NCBI GenBank assembly: GCA_964415175.1
Contig: CAYPYG010000002.1
Span: 9,617 to 73,616, forward strand
Origin: an uncultured Elusimicrobiaceae bacterium
GTDB lineage: Bacteria > Elusimicrobiota > Elusimicrobia > Elusimicrobiales > UBA9959
Reading direction: 5' to 3'
DNA: 64,000 bases
Below the pieces are notes generated by a model. It made no database searches. It had not been told where the DNA came from and saw only the letters and a program-made list of their open reading frames with translations. Positions 63,312 to 64,000 of this stretch are shown in pieces. Within the stretch, counting starts at the first letter, position 1; every line of letters begins with the position of its first letter. The position numbers and the translations under genes were made by a program.

Positions 63312-64000
63312 GCCGCCAGTTCGAACATCCTGTCTATCGCGACGCGTGCCCGCCCGGCTATACCGGCGGGCACGGTCACTTCCGGGGGGGCCGGGTCCCT
63401 CAGCAGGGCCAGCACGCTTTCGAGCGTTATGGACTTCATATAGGGGCAGAGCCGGCACATGCCGATGAAATTCTTCTCCGGGAAGCGCAGCCGCGCCAGT
63501 TCGCCGAAGCCGCATTCCGTCACCAGCAGGTAGGCCGGCGCGTTCGTGCTTTCCACGTAGCGCATCATATCGCCCGTCCCGCCCATGAAATCCACGGCCT
63601 TTATCAGCTCCGACGGACATTCGGCGTGGGCCAGCGCCACCAGTCCCGGCCAGCGCTCCCTGTATATCTTTATCAGCCCCGGGTCGAACTTCTCGTGCAC
63701 CACGCAGGACCCGTTCCAGAGCACGATGTCCTCCCCGGGCGTCTTGCCCAGTTCGCGCGCCAGGTTGGCCCCCATGAACCTGTCCGGCAGGAATATCACC
63801 TTGTCGTGGTCCCGGTAGATGCGGCGGAGTATCTTCGCCGCGTTGGCGCTGGTCACTATGCAGTCGGATTCCGCTTTTACTTCGGCGGTGGTGTTGATAT
63901 AGGTGACCACCGGGGCGCCGGGATGCTGCGCCTTCAGCCGCCTGACGTCGGCGGCGGTTATGCCTTCGCTGAGCGAACAGCCGGCGTTGGAGGAGGGGAC
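63308..64000 (-). CDS. nadA: quinolinate synthase (C-terminal part; the 5' end is beyond the window)
   Basis: The reading frame is open to the window edge. VVTYINTTAEVKAESDCIVTSANA, HAECP, and CPYMK. Confidence 0.88.
   Translation of the reverse strand, partial: VPSSNAGCSLSEGITAADVRRLKAQHPGAPVVTYINTTAEVKAESDCIVTSANAAKILRRIYRDHDKVIFLPDRFMGANLARELGKTPGEDIVLWNGSCVVHEKFDPGLIKIYRERWPGLVALAHAECPSELIKAVDFMGGTGDMMRYVESTNAPAYLLVTECGFGELARLRFPEKNFIGMCRLCPYMKSITLESVLALLRDPAPPEVTVPAGIAGRARVAIDRMFELAA

Overview
This is a high-GC (by eye about two thirds G+C) chromosomal segment. It appears to come from a diderm bacterium, since kdsC, hldC, a Lol-like ABC/LolA-like set and a beta-barrel OMP are present. 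About 70 tightly packed CDS are supported, many joined by ATGA/GTGA/TAATG stop-start overlaps.

Recognisable genes, in order:
- glmS-like (partial), ALT-type aminotransferase, dus, mutS, guaB, mutL
- pyrC-pyrD-pyrF-pyrE, ccdA, kdsC
- parA-parB with two consensus parS sites, asd
- two RlmN/Cfr-family radical-SAM genes
- an amgK-like/murU-like pair and an spt-like alpha-oxoamine synthase operon
- hldC, accB/accC, cdd, mtnP, a Lol-like transporter, glyA
- an rsmI fusion, an HD-GYP protein, dapB, folD, nadA (partial)

I saw no rRNA, tRNA, CRISPR array, transposase, integrase or obvious defence genes.

The most unusual content is non-coding:
1. A ~170-nt conserved structured element occurs in two copies (36.5 kb and 47.4 kb). 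Its closing stems and a 3' hairpin covary between copies. One copy sits inside the 5' end of an OMP ORF.
2. Two ~95-nt AT-rich hairpins with conserved GGGGACGCTG/CAGCGTCCCC clamps and a perfect DnaA box lie directly upstream of guaB and glyA.
3. A ~260-nt leader of GNRA-capped hairpins precedes an AmgK-like kinase fused to a RapZ C-terminal domain.

Other notable items:
- an spt-like/GNAT-like/response-regulator operon (possible ceramide-type lipid module)
- a zinc-ribbon/TPR gene wedged between accB and accC
- an RsmI-LMW phosphatase fusion
- several novel repeat proteins

All product calls come from motif recognition by eye; no searches were run. Coordinates of non-ORF features were hand-counted and may be off by 1-2 nt.
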